This document shows positions 50,161 to 64,000 of a stretch of DNA of 64,000 nucleotides, piece by piece. The notes beneath the pieces are model-generated. The model was not told the origin of the DNA. It saw only the letters and a list, made by a program, of their open reading frames with translations, and searched no databases. Location of the stretch: the NCBI RefSeq assembly GCF_003704095.1, contig NW_020844822.1, positions 124,001 to 188,000 on the forward strand. Direction: 5' to 3'. Origin of the DNA: Pocillopora damicornis. Taxonomy: Eukaryota. Each line of letters starts with the position of its first letter. Position 1 is the first letter of the stretch. A program made the position numbers and the translations under genes.

Positions 50161-53100
50161 TTAGTGCAGTATAGCATTGTTGGTGGTGTTCATTCTGCCA
50201 TTTCTAGCTCATTGTTTATTTCAAAACATGGCTATAATTATACTTTTCTGGAGGCTAGGGAGAATGATCAGGTGTTACTTGACAGGATGATTGCATCTTC
50301 TTTTCTTGTATAAGAGGCATGGAAAATTGTTCCTTCAATATGCGTGTCATGGTTTATTTAATAATCTCACGTTAACCATCAGTTCGTTGAAAGCGAAATA
50401 AAACTAGGCCGGCCAGGGAGAATAATCGGGTAAAATTTGATCCGTGTGAATATAAATAGCTACTTCCACCTCTTTCAATTAGTTTGTCTTTTCCTCCGAA
50501 ACATAAAAATTGATTCAGCCACCCGGTTGAGTGCTGTGGGTCACCAGTGTGCGCGGGGCGATTAAAGAAAAGATATCACTTACTGGTCGACCAGTCATGC
50601 GCGCATCCGTACATAAAATCCTCGATGATTGATTTAAGATATTTCGTGAAGACCAAACCCTTTTCCCCGCTGCGAATCGAGTGTCGCAAATTCAAACTTT
50701 TGCCGAACCCTTTACTTTATACTTATCAATTCACATTCGTCACTGAGGGTCTTATAATCGAAGGACTTATCACGTTATTTTTCACTGCTGGAGATGAAGA
50801 AAACCTTTCATTGGGATTGTTTTTACCTGACAGGAGAGAAACGTCGAGAAAATTCACCAAGCCTCTTTGAAATGCCATATTTTAACAGTATAATGATTAT
50901 CAGGTTTATGGGGAATAATGGGATCACTGGTAATCAAATTTTCGATTTTTAATGCACAGCTGATTGACACTTTCCTTGATCTTCCACCAATGAAAAACAT
51001 ACAGTTTTAATTTGCTTGCTATCTTAAATGGATCTTGCAAACAAAGCTAGTTATTAATTAGGGAAAAAAGAGTGATAGGTGAAACTTCTCAGCATACGCG
51101 GTGAATCACGGGATATTGCTAAATCCAGTTTTATTCAGCTCGGGGGAGTGGCTCTCTATGGCTAAAGCAGAGTGAAAGATTATTTTTAAACTAGAAAGTG
51201 AATATAAAACTCGATCGTTTTACACCCCTTCTTGTTAGATCTTTCTTTACTTTGGTCAGCGACACATTTATCCAGCAGCTCCTTTGATTTTACGAGATAC
51301 GTAGCTGGTGGTCGTCCATCTGAACTTGGACTGAAAAGAGATAAGCAACTTCTAGGTGGAATTCGGTCTTGACCTCTCATTCTAGTTAATCTTATTTTTC
51401 CCCCGCAATATTGGTTTTATCTTTTAGCTAAGTATCTCTAATTCGGCTCAACATAGTATGAATTTTTTTGGGTAAGCGCCGGTATTTCCTTACTGAGCTC
51501 GCATATTCAATCTGGAGCGTAACAAAAATCTGACCTCCCAAAGATACAAAGTCGTGACTTTGGCACAGTTTCTCCTTTTGAATGTCAGTTTTTCTTTCGC
51601 TGCCATAACATAGGCAGCCAGATTAGCAGCAATTTGCGTTTAGGATTTAAAATAATTTTTTTTTCGTGGAAGAACCTGGTTACGTCAGTCGTAATATTTT
51701 CTCTGCATTGAAGAGGGCCTCAAGGGGAGTTAACCATAAACTGTCAAATATTTAAATAAAATAAACCACTAATCGTAAAACTGCAAGGTTTTTATCGTCA
51801 ACCGTCAATAAAACTAACCAAAATTAGCCCTCAAATCTTGTAGATACTCCTGATTAAAATTTGAAATCGAGCCAAGGTAAGCTTTATTAGGAGCCCTAAT
51901 CAGGGATTGTGGTCCCTCATAATTCAATCAGCTTAAGTTTACACAAAATACATCCATGTACAGGTACTTTAATTCGCATCTACGGTCGAAGAAGAATTGA
52001 CTTTTTACTGAAAACACTTCCTGTGCCGTAAACCCTTAATGTTAAACTCTTCACCTGTCAGTGGTATTTTTTAAATAATTTACCGACCAATACACATTAA
52101 ATGTCCTCAAACCTTCGCTGTTGACTAAGCAAAGTAAAAAAAAAAGGATTCCTTTTTTAAAATGTTGTGGTGTTGTTTGTTGTTTTTTATCTCAAAGCCG
52201 AATTAGCGAGCAATAACACAAATTTGTAGAATAAAAAATAGTTAATTCCCAGACACGTTAAGTCTGATTAACACAGACCTGTCAACAGGAGTTTTCCCAT
52301 CCAACAGCTTTTATAAGTATGAATACCCATAAGCTAAATGCACTACAATTCATGAAACATCGCTCACTGAAGCGGAAAGTTCGAATTCCATGCAGGAAAC
52401 AGGCAAAACATTTCCGTAAAATTTTCAAAAGATATCCTTTTGTCACAGTTTGGCGCGCCATGTTTCCTTTGTATCTCTGAAATTTCTTTCCTTATTCTCC
52501 AAGTTTCAAGTTTTAAAAAAATTTTGATTTGTGAATTATCACGCGTGATTACTTGTTTTTCTGGCATGTAATCCGCCAACCATGAGGTGGCCTAAAATTC
52601 AATCTTGTATGGTAAAAACTGAGTGTTAAGTGCTAATTCATGTTTCTCGATTTGTTCCAAATGAACAAGAATAGATCTAGAGGTGAATTTTAAAATACAC
52701 TGACGCCGTTCAATTTTTTTTTTATACCTGAGAAAAAGAGTCCCTTTGTATGCCACAGGTGAGATTGGGTAATTTCTTTTCGTCAGTGAAAAGGAAGATT
52801 TTGTCATTCCCTATCTGAAAAAGATAAATACTTGGATATTCAATGTGACGCCGTACATTGACTGATTAGAAAATAAGTAGAGGATTAGGGTATGGCGTGT
52901 AAATAAGTGGGAGTTACTGTCTTATCAGTCCACTTGTCCTTATTTTCCTCACATATTGCTTTCTCGTATCAATCGTTAGGGGCCGAGCAGAAATTTGTTT
53001 TATGCTTTCTAAGAAAACTTTAATCCGGTTATCTTACGTCTCCTATCACAACAAAAAATCTAACAATCTACGTTAAGCTGAAATAAACCTGATTATTGCT

Positions 53101-56100
53101 CTAAAGTGCACACTGCCCATTCGCGCGTCACGAAATTCCGGAGTGTAACAAGCTCTTCTATATGTTTGCGTTTTTCTAAGGCGTTCATTAGGTGTTAACA
53201 GAAAGATATGAAGTATCAAACAGTACAGGTAACTTAAGGCTCTCTTTGGGAATTTCGAACATTTTATCTTGCAGAACCAAGTGAAATGAAAGGCAAAAAA
53301 CACAAGATCAAGCCGAAGGGGGATATTAGCATTGATTGTCAGAGTAGTCTAACGGAAAATGATTTTCACGTCTCGAAAAACACATTTGTCCTTTACACAG
53401 CAGTTTTCCACATCCTGCATTTCCANNNNNNNNNNNNNNNNNNNNNNNNNNNNNNNNNNNNNNNNNNNNNNNNNNNNNNNNNNNNNNNNNNNNNNNNNNN
53501 NNNNNCATATCCACATCTACCATCTCATTCTCATCTCGATTAGTTTCCACAAGTTCGTGAGCATGCTCCCTTACCTCTTTAGTAAACGAGTCACCAGCTG
53601 CCTCCCCCCAAACACATACTTTTTTCTGACCCTCTTGGAATAAGAACGTCATAAAAAGTTTCAGCCGAGTTATTTCGATGAACCCTTGGTAAAATATTGT
53701 CTGGCGACAGACTATTGTCTCATGTCTAAATCTCACCAAAGCGGAAAGAGAAAAGAAGTGAGATAAAAGAGTCAAGTCATTTCATAAGCAGGCTTTCATT
53801 TCCTACTATTGAAACATCTAACTACAAGTTAGAGGGGCATTTTGCGATCGGTGTTTGCGAAAGTTGACGAATACTAATTCAGTTCCTGTTTCAAATTGAG
53901 TACAATACTAAATTGAATGTATCTTTAATAGACAAAAACAAAATACTGCGCTTTCTCTGCAGGAACGCAGCGTTCTTTGTCACCGTTTAAGACCGTCACA
54001 GGGCATCAGTAAAGCAACTGCCACTACCCTTAAGAGCCTTAAATTATGATCGAGTGAAAACTGACGTTTTGCTAATCGACTTTCCCGTGACTCGAGCGCA
54101 ATTGCTATTCTCAGACTTATTGACTACAATACTTTAATTAAATGACAAAGCTTACATTCTTTTGCGATCAAAGCTCAAGGAGGACTCATTTTTTTACTGT
54201 CATGCTTAGTACTTAGGTGGTTATAACATCAGGTACTCATACTATTAAGAACAATTATATTTTTATTCTGTTTTGGAACTAACACCCGTGTTAACTCCAT
54301 CTTAGGCATCTTTCGAAGAAAACGTTGGTGGACAAAGAGGAAGAACTTTGTATACATAGCAATTCGGTACTAAAACTCCATCTCCAAAAGGTCAGTTATA
54401 TACTCGTTAAAGAAGAGCCAATTAATTGTAAATAGATTTAGAAAGCCACCGGTACCATGTTTACAGCAAATGCGACTTAGGGAACGATTCACCCTTGTTT
54501 TTGCTAACTTTTCTTCCAGTCCTGTTTAAACCCATCAGAAAAGTATAGAATTCTCTCCTATTCATAACAAATACAAAAATTTTTTACGTGCACTTTCGAT
54601 CAAACAGCTGAAAAGAAGAGAGCATAAGTTTAATTCTTCCGTCCCTTTCTATTCGGGAAAACATTGCTCTAAATCTAAATGATTGGTGTCAGATATTTTG
54701 AAACTTGGTGAAAATGTTTGGCAGACGTTGCCTCGTTAAATTTCGTTCCTGAGTTATTACTGCCTGGCTATTAGACAGCCAGAGTTTACGAGAATCCCTT
54801 CAGTGTTGGTGCAATTCTGCTATTAATTCCGGTACATCGTAAACAAAGCAATTGAATAAGATCCAACACGAAGAGGCTTGCTTGCCTAAGTGAGGGCTGC
54901 ATTCCATTATGGAATTCTATCATCTGTTGATTTTACTCGATATCAGCGGCACTCTCTAACCGCAAAACCCACATTTAACTCACCCATGTGGATCAAACCA
55001 AAAAAATTTCTCGAAAACGCGTGCCAATAAATTGTTGGCTCACATCTGATGAGCCAGACGAGAGGTAAAGCTCATGACAGCTGTGACAGCTGTTTGCCAT
55101 GTTCGCTGTTAGCTCAAGACGGAACCAGCATTACCAACTCTCTTGGCGGTCTTCTTTCGATTTAAGACACAGATCTCGACAGTTTTTTTTTTTAACTAAA
55201 CCGACTTTAGAAAATTTTTGCATGTATCTTGTCAGAGACACGTAGTGACAGAGTAATCCAACTTTGATTTTACCGTTTTAATCGATGTTTATTTAATTCT
55301 CTGTCGGAGTATGCGACCTAATCTGCGGCAATGATTTTTGTCTAATCAAACAGCTCTTTGTGGTTATCCATCTCGACAACTGTTGAAAAGCTCTGGAAAA
55401 GCAGAATGCCTTTTGCTAACACCTTGGTGAATTTCATGTCTATAACAAGAGCATGACTTAATGCAAAGAAAACAAAATCCAGACGACGAGAGAAATCTGA
55501 CATCAGTTCGACCATCATGTTTTTCTACGAATGAATAAATTCGTTAGGCCTTCCAAACTTTAACCATTGTTAGTGTTCTTATAGGTTTTTCGAGAAATAA
55601 GAGACAAACCTACAAAGAAAGAACCAATTTCTGCGCCCATAAAATGAAACCTTTTGCTCTCCAGAAAGAAATATCGGTCGAACGATGCATCGACACTTCA
55701 AGTCACGTGACCCGACTAGACGTCAAATAAATGTTTATCTGAGTTTTATTTCTTGATTTATTTCGTTCTTCATTCGATAACAAAACATGTTGCTTTTTTG
55801 AAAGATTCGACCCGCTTCACATAAATGTTTGGTATACAAATTGAACTTTCTACCTTAATCTTTCAACAGCTTTAACGACCAGTCAAAATCACGTGATATG
55901 CCTTTTTCTGAGCTATGACTGAAATAGCACGCATGTAGAGATGGAAGGATTTCTGTTGTTGAAAGAGACAAAGGCATTCATTATTTAGGGCCACCAAAGT
56001 GTTGGGTTTGATACACCACCGATCAACGTTTCAACAATCGATAAAAAGGAAGTCGGATTTTCATCAATCAAAAGCAAGCATAGTTTGCGTTCACAGACAG

Positions 56101-59100
56101 TTCCCGCTATTTGAAGGTATTATGGTTTCTTTTTGGCGGATGATTGTTGGCCCTTAAAGCGGCTGACAATTTGTTTCTCGTTCGTAAAGCCCCTCGGTTC
56201 TCATCAGTGGTCTGAAAAAGCTTTGTCACTACTCTAGTTACTTATAAAAAAAATATCGGATTCGTGGTTAATGACATCAGGAATGTCTGATGTGAAAGAT
56301 AATGTCCATACACACGTCAACAATAGCAGTAGAGTTTAAAGCACATTAGCCTCAAGACTCCCTATATTGTCTGGACTTAATGTCGCCACAATTCCGAGGC
56401 TAAAATATCAGGTATTTTTATCCCCTCTCTTACGGACAGATACTTCAGATCGTTTAACTGACCTCAGAAAACAAAATAATTGGATCGTTTATTCTTGATG
56501 TCGTCAATCATTCAACTTGAGCTCTCTTATGGTCCAGAATGTGCGCGTCGCTTAGCAACGAGCGCTGAGACTGCGGACTCGAGCAGCTTTCAAAGACAGC
56601 TCCCGACAGACTTAATATTAATACAATTATGTCACAGTCATGCAAGAGAGTTTCAAAGTATCTCAAATTTACCAAAAGGCTCTAACAATTAGCAGGACTG
56701 CAGGCAGAAAGGAAGGCCAGGCCTAGATCAGTAAGTATTACTGATTTTCCTAAGTCTTTTAACGCTTTCTAAGCATGTTTAGTTTCTTACAACCTAAGAA
56801 AGCTACAGTAGAAAATAGCATAAAACAGTCACCGAAACTTGACTGAACGTATTCGTTCGGACAGTGTCGCCTTTACAGAAGGTTTCACAGGACTATGTGA
56901 ACTTAGCTTATTAATCGCTACCTTTAACGTATATCACCTTGAAGTCTTCTAGAAAAAACAAATCGTGAACAATCGCACTCACAGAAGCTCCTAACTCCTA
57001 AAAGGTAACTCAATATAAGCTTATCTCAGTCAATTATTTTGCTGTAAAGAAGCTGACCCGAAAAATTGCCTTTTTACGACCACGCGTATGAAGAAGACAG
57101 CCTGTCCCACCCAGTTAGAGGAAAAGGGTGTTTTGGCAGCATTTAACTGATGAAGCCAGCAAGTCTGGCAAGTTCATGAAACTTCCAAACACTTAACTCT
57201 TGACATTTCACACATTGAACACAGCTCACGAAGGATCCTCTTAAAGTATTATATGTTTCATACAAATTTTCGAATGCATAGTGCCCGGGTGTTAATGATG
57301 TTCCTTGAACTTGTACCTTTAACATTCGGCAATTGACTGTTAGAGTAGAAGACTCAATCGCTTTGCTTTTATTTGTTTTTGTTCTGTTTGGTACCAGACT
57401 AAACTGGAAAGAGCAAACGATCTTTGTGAAATTTAAATCATTTTCTCAAACACTTTTGTTAAAAACAAAACAAAACAGAACAAAACAAAACACAAACATA
57501 AATGCTACAATGTGCAGATCATCTAACGTGGAAATTTGTATCATTTTTTGCCCGATGAGCTTTGAGCTTGTTTATTTTAAGCGGGGAAATCAGTTCACAA
57601 AGAAAATCGTTGGCTGCATTTTTTCGGTAACTCAATACTAGATGAGATTTTGAAACAATCGCCTTCCAATATGGATAATTTTACATAGTACTAACATAGC
57701 CTTAGCCTGCTAAAGACTCTTGCTTGGATATTGGACAGACAAGCTGACAGAAAAATAGATTTCAGTCTAAAAACACCAAATATGGCCAAGAGGAAATGGG
57801 AAACAGTTTTGGCTAACCGGCCCCACCCACGATCCGGATTACGAAGTTCTTACGATATGCATTCAATCTCGGGCCGCCAACTACGGCAACACGACACGGC
57901 CGACATTTTGGAGCGAATTCCAAGTGCTTACACCACAACCCCGGCATGATTAACTCAAAATCCCGTGATATCGTAAACTGTGTGGGGTACCCACACTCCG
58001 CCTGAGTGCAGTGTATGTCCCAAAGAGATTCGACCAGCACGCGTTTTAGAATTTCTCTCTTTCAACTGACACATTGGGAGAGATATTTTTCCATCAAAAT
58101 TTTGCCAAAAAGAAATAGAAAGGCAGTGCCTTTTGAAAGAATTGTGTCTTTTTTTTAATCTCTTAGCAGTTAATCTGACTTTTGTCTCTCAAGACAAAGG
58201 TCATGCTGGTGACCTGATGTTTTTTATATTTTCAACAGCCAAATGGAAATGTTATTTTGAGGTATTGCTAAAGAAAAAGCGTGTCTCGCCGAGCAGTGCT
58301 GAAAGACAAAATTTTTCACACCCTTATATTTTGTTCTTTTTCTTTCATTTTGAAAGCATTTTCCAACTCTATCAAAAAAATTAAGGAACTGAGCGACCGG
58401 CGGATTTTAGTTTGGTGGCAAAAGAAAGAGCGCTTAACAACTGCCACACCCTTTAGCCTGATGTGTTCTCTGATGTAGTTCTGTCATGACCACGTTAAAT
58501 TTAGAAGAAACAAGAAATGTAAAGAAATTAATATGGTAATCATTCAATCGTTGCCCACTGGACAGATAGCGTGAGCATTTGTGTCGCAATTCCTGGGCGT
58601 GGTAAAACAAACAATCAAACAGACAACAAAAAATTTTGAATTACACCACTGAGCCCCCTCGCCTCTGAATGCAGTTAAATACTTTAAATGACGTTGTTGT
58701 GATTTATTTTTCCGTTGAACTTTCCTATTATACGCTTTTTTTTTATATATAAGAAAGTATAATTTTGGGGCCAAGGCTGAACGTTTTAATTTTCTTTTGC
58801 CATTTGAGCCTAACAACCTTCTGAACGTGTTCTTAAAGTCGTGATGCATTGTATTTCAATAAATCAATTCGGACGTGACTAGACTAACTCATCCAATATT
58901 AACTGAGTGGTTCTTGTTAATGTTAAAAAAGGCAATTAAGTATCTGCTCTTAGACCACAGTTTTAAATTTCTTTTACCTTTATTCAAACTTCTCACACAC
59001 AAAAAAGAGCAAAATCAAGAAGTTCTCAACTCATCCTCAGCTTAGGTATGCTCTTAGTATTTTCTGAAAATTTTGGTTGATCTCAGCCTGAGCGTTCTTG

Positions 59101-60461
59101 TTGAAAAGATTCCTATTTATAAAGAGTGTACCACAGGAGTAAGGTTACCGAGGATTTATTGCACCACACAACATCAGCATTGCGTAATAAATGTAAAGCT
59201 TTGAATGCCGCTTACGGACTAAGACAATATGCAATTTTGCCTTGAAATGAGTTGAGAAGATGTTGCTATTCATATTCTTTTCAATGTTTGAACGTTTTCT
59301 CAGACGAGAGAAAGTAATCTTCGAGAAAAGAGGCAAATTTGGACAAGTTTCGCCTGTCGAAATCTCATTGGTAAGTTTCACTGTTTTGCATTGCAATCCA
59401 TCATAATTTTGATACCGCTTGAGATAACTCTTGACTATAACTTTATCGCAATGGACTATCTACTGATAGCGGCAGAAAAAAGATAAAACTTCTCACGTCT
59501 ATAAAGTCAACTTTTCGTTCAAAAAACTGAGAATTTCTCAATCGGTGGCCTCCTCTCTCACTTGAGATAAACCATGAAACCTTTCCTTTAATTTTAGACT
59601 CATGAGGAGCCGGAAGAACTTAGTTAGAAATTAGAATTAAAGTCGTCTAAATTATGGGAATCTAACAAGACTGAGGCAAAGGTGCAAGGTGTAAGATCAT
59701 GTAAAAAAAAAAAATTGAAATCGAGGTGCACGCCAGCGGAAGGTCAAAGCTATTTTTACGATCAGCCTAGAGAAGCAATTATTATTTCCGTTCATCAGGT
59801 GTCATATTTTAAGCAAGGTGTGTTTGTTCCAGGGTCGACCTCGGCCCAAGGCTCAAAATTCAAACACCAACTTACCTCTCTAAATTTCCAGATGAAAGTG
59901 TCAGACTTCAGTGGATCTTTGAGCTGTTGATAATGAGCAGTATCATATCGGTGAAGGGGTCGAATGACTGTGAGTTTCAAATCAACTCGATTAACCATTT
60001 ATGCCAATTTTATGAGAAAATGATCTAAACGTGTCTGCTCCATTTTAAATTTGAGTTTCAAAAAAAAATAGCCTGATGGAATTTAAGAGGGTCTTTCGTC
60101 TAAAGGGCATGCAAAATCCGAGGCACAAACATTTTTCGCGTTTGGTTTGGAGAAGCCGAAACCGTAAGTAACTATTTCTCAGTCTCCCGCTAGTCAGCCC
60201 GAGTACCATGACCCCACTCCACGCCCCCTGGTATGAAACTTGTTGAAAATGATCGATTAACTTATATTTAAAAAAGGCGCTAAATGCATTTAATACTTCC
60301 TGATCAAACTTACTCTGTCACAGCCTGTTAAAATGAGTTTCGTCCTTAGACGGAAAAAAGGTAATTTATCATGCATCTTGGTAGCCTTGATTGGATCAGG
60401 AAATGCAACTATGGAAAATTTGATTAAGCGACGAATGCTTTTTTTTTCGCTTACTAAACCC

Positions 60462-60598
60462 GGATCAATATCAGTATCTGGGCAACTGCCCACCTACCCC
60501 TCCCCTAATCCAACTTTTACCCTAACTTGTTATCAATTGACTGTTGTTGAGTTAGGGGAGGGGTAGCTGGGCACTTGCCCAGATACTGATGTTGATCC
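60462..60598. mobile_element. Palindromic MITE with 8-bp target-site duplication (family copy 2)
   Basis: Same family as 10184-10319; perfect flanking direct repeat CTAAACCC (60454-60461 and 60599-60606). Confidence 0.9.
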
Positions 60599-62158
60599 CT
60601 AAACCCTTTCGTGAACTCCGATAAAGCTTTCTCAGTCTGTCAGTGCCAGTTTTTCTTCATGTATTTCGTCTTTTTGAACTAGATGGAGAGACATTTTACA
60701 AATGATCTTTAAACTCAAGGAAAGATTTTAGATTCTTCAGCATACTAAAGATGAAGATTTTCTCTTTAGTAGAATACTGCATCTTTGTGGAGTTTGAGTT
60801 TGATGTCTGATATAGCTTTTTTATAGTCACAAATTGATTAATTTCGTCTACAATTATTGGATCAGGATGCGACTAAGTAGGATTATTTTCATTAGAATAA
60901 AATATGCTTTGGAAAACGGCAAACAACTTAAACCAGGATCTTGTTCTTTTTTTTTCCCCTTATTGAAATTTATCTCGATGTGATCCAAATAGAAACATAC
61001 TTAGCGGTTTACAAAACTGTCGTTATTCATGATTCAAAATATTTACATATCGGAAAATTTCTCTGAGCAAACAGCTTTCCCTTGCTTTTACGAATGTGGG
61101 ATGGCATACTGTTCTTATATCGTATATGGCATTCAATCGAAACGAAAAGGGTTTAAAGAAAGGAAGACGATTCGCTCTGGTGTTCTAACAGATCATTTTC
61201 CCCCAGTTACACAGAATTTGTCTCATTCCAAAATGCTCAATCGATTGCGCCTTTTAGCTGCACTAAACGTAGGCGATAAACGCTTTTTTCAGGACAATAT
61301 TCAGTCGCCTTTCTAATAGACAGTTTGTAGGGCACTCTCTGTGTCCTGCTGAGCTTGCGTGCTCTAAGACCAACGTGACAATTGGATGTTATTGAAAGCA
61401 TTTACTTGCCTCCTGTGAAGTCTTGTGATTGTCTAGAAGAATAATTACCCCATGAATAACCCAGTTTTATTTCGCGTGAATCGTAATTTTTTCCGCCGTG
61501 TATGTGTTTAAATAAATAGCAAACAAGCATTCCAAAGACCAAAGAAGCCGGTTTATGCTTTGAAGCGATGTTTAGTAATGATAAATGGTTTATAAACACA
61601 CGGCGAGGGCGCAAGACTCTTTATAATGACTGGCCTTAATTTAATAATCAGTGCCAAGTCTGGTTCAGTTTAGGAAAAAAATGCGATAAAAAGTTACATG
61701 TTTACCGAAGGTATGAGTTTTGCAGACCGCGCAAGAATTCGCCATATTGTATGAGCGGAAGGATTAACTAACGGAAGCTGTTTTTTTTTAGCCTAATCTT
61801 GTTTACCTGTCTCATAAGTGGTTATTATTTATGATTGTCACCGGTTTTACTTAAGACTTGTATTGTGCAATAGGCTGTAAATAATCTCTATTTACTCTCA
61901 TAATCCAACTGCACAAAGTAGAGTACAAATAACGCGCGAATAGAGTGCAAACATCCTTGCGATACTGCCAGGTTATTTGGACAGTTAATTATTTTGTACT
62001 GTAAAAAAAAAACCTGTTTAACTAGTCGGCTGCGCGCCCTTGCTTAAGCAAGCGAAACAGCCGCGTGCTTCTCTATCCGCTTTGCTTTTCCCACCTTATG
62101 AGAAATGAGCAGAAAGAGTTCGTAGCAAAAAATTTTTGGATAATAAATAACTCATTAG

Positions 62159-62283
62159 TCATTAGACGATTTGGTGTGTAGTATCGCTGAGTATCTTTAC
62201 GAGTTGTTTGTATTTTGTCTCGTCAAAATACAGCACAACTCGTAAAAATAGTCAGTAATAATACACACCAAAACGTCTAATGA
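62159..62283. mobile_element. Hairpin MITE-like element
   Basis: TCATTAGACG.TTTGGTGTGTA...TTTACGAGTTGT..GTATTTTG pairs with CAAAATAC..ACAACTCGTAAA...TACACACCAAA.CGTCTAATGA. Confidence 0.75.
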
Positions 62284-64000
62284 GATATGTGCGTTGAACC
62301 GGTTATATAAGGTAGCTGGTGTTCAAGAACTAAAAGTTAAAACTACAGAGCTAAGGAGCTAAGAGTCAGGAACTTCTTGAAATAATTCTTTCCGATGGTA
62401 AGCAAACATTCAAGAAATGACAATAGTGAAAATTAAAAAGGAACACTGAAGCAATCTTCTAGCTCTTTAATCTCCTGTTTATTTGTTCAAGGTACAACAA
62501 AGTCATGTTCAACCGTGATCCTTAAATTAGCGCTATATAAACCTTTTGCGATGAAATACATCAACAGAGCCGAAATATTTCTGACTAGCTCTTTATAAAT
62601 TTCCTGCATCAAGATATTCGTGCAGACACCAGCTCATACTGAAAAATTCTGCACGAATTTTCATAACAGGTCTTAAAGGCTTGAAGTAACATGACACTCC
62701 GAGACTAGTCCAAAGTCCATTAAGTTTTAGCACAAAAAAAAGAGAAAGTCTTGTTCCTAAATTATTATGGCGTCAGATCTGAAATAGCAACAACTTGTTG
62801 CTTTCTCACACCTGACGCCATGGTAGTTAGCGCCGGGTTAGACTAACTAAGCTTAAAAGAGCATAATTTTTTTTATCATCGAGCTCCTGTCGCTAGGCTA
62901 TGATAACTTCAAGCTTCAACGCTTAGTCAGTGTTATGTTTTTCCAAGGCACCTCGGCCATTCGAGTCATAACCGTTAAGAAAGATTCAGAGACCGCGACT
63001 GTCACCCTTGTCGAAGCAATTTCAAAGCCTGACGCTTGTATAACACTAAAAAGCATTGGGGTCTTGTGCATCAGTTGTGAGCTTAGAAAGCGTCGACAAC
63101 AACCACAAATCCAGCCAAAAATTGTTTCATGAGGAGTTTCAGAGTTCATGCGAACTTAATGGCGAATGCCTTAACAGAATCGAAAGACACCGATCTTCAC
63201 TCTATGTTCCCATTTCGCTAAGAATCAAGTCACATTTCAGGTTCCTTTAACAAAAGTAAATTTCAAATCTACAAAAGCTTGCAAGATTCAGTCTACTCGC
63301 AGAACTGTGAGGATCTTCAAAGTGCACATTATCACGTGGATAGACGCTGTCAAAGGACGTCAAAAATGGTATTCAACAAGATATCTTATTGTCTAGTGAG
63401 AGTGCCGGGGAAGATTCATAACTGTATCATAACAGCTTGAGTAGTCCGAGGCTGCATTTCTTTTAGCACTAGTGTCTCAGGAGTTTCTTCTGGAGTAGAT
63501 AAACGCCAAGAGTTTTTGACAGGGTGGATTGGTTTCGAAGTTTTGGAGAAGAAAGTGGAACTTTCAGTTCAGTGACAGTTTTGGAATGGGAACTACAGAG
63601 ATTAAGCGAGAACAATACGAAGACGTGGTAAACCGCGTTAATCGAACCACAATAGAGAAGCAAGGAAACCACAGCGACAAAGAAGAGAAGCCATAAGCTT
63701 GTCCTCAAACTTTCATCGCAAATGATGAGGAATTTTAGCATGCAAGGAAGTTGAACAGAATAACTTTTTTTAAGCAACCAACGTGACTACTATTAAGATT
63801 GTTTCGAACATTTCTTGCTGCCAAATACTTGCTAGGAATGTGCTATTGTCCCTTAAGGGACTGTCACTAAAAATGACGCTGAAGGAATGACGTTTTGAAG
63901 TATCTAAGTATCAAACAATATTGTCATTTCAGCATGATTTAGAACCATTGTGTCCTGTTTGTGAGTTATTTGTTAGCGAGTCAATTTATTCTTACGGGAG

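Noticed and set aside
48324-53640. Scattered minus-strand exon-like segments (~48330-48455, ~51255-51330, ~53575-53635)
   Set aside because: Splice-like signals are present, but I could not assemble a coherent or recognisable protein.
62916-63777. Cluster of 60-100 aa ORFs near the window end
   Set aside because: No motifs, mostly non-ATG starts, no consistent frame.
1-64000. CRISPR arrays, operons or prokaryotic defence systems
   Set aside because: The sequence is eukaryotic with spliceosomal introns, and no regularly spaced repeat-spacer array is visible.

Overview
This is eukaryotic, AT-rich, intron-containing genomic DNA with many scaffold gaps. The gene set and dense short palindromic/MITE-like repeats suggest a stony coral, probably Pocillopora-like (inference). 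Genes supported by hand splicing: ACBD3/GCP60 (- strand, 6 exons) head-to-head with an intronless trehalase (+); a secreted NXPE/PC-esterase-type SGNH protein (-, 5 exons); CDKN3/KAP (+, 9 exons) whose CX5R catalytic Arg reads Ile; an orphan 154-aa ORF with a myristoylation-type N-terminus; a 2-exon small heat-shock protein; two copies of a stand-alone methyltransferase resembling the ovothiol synthase OvoA C-terminal domain; tRNA-Ala(CGC); and mitochondrial ABC transporter ABCB10 (-). The methyltransferase exons are scrambled around two 100-N gaps and resolve into a clean tandem pair if 25494-32183 is flipped. That same segment holds a ~4.3-kb TIR-bounded composite carrying a captured ABCB10 intron/exon fragment. 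From ~44 kb to the end I recognise no protein-coding gene, only MITEs, hairpins and a nested palindrome.
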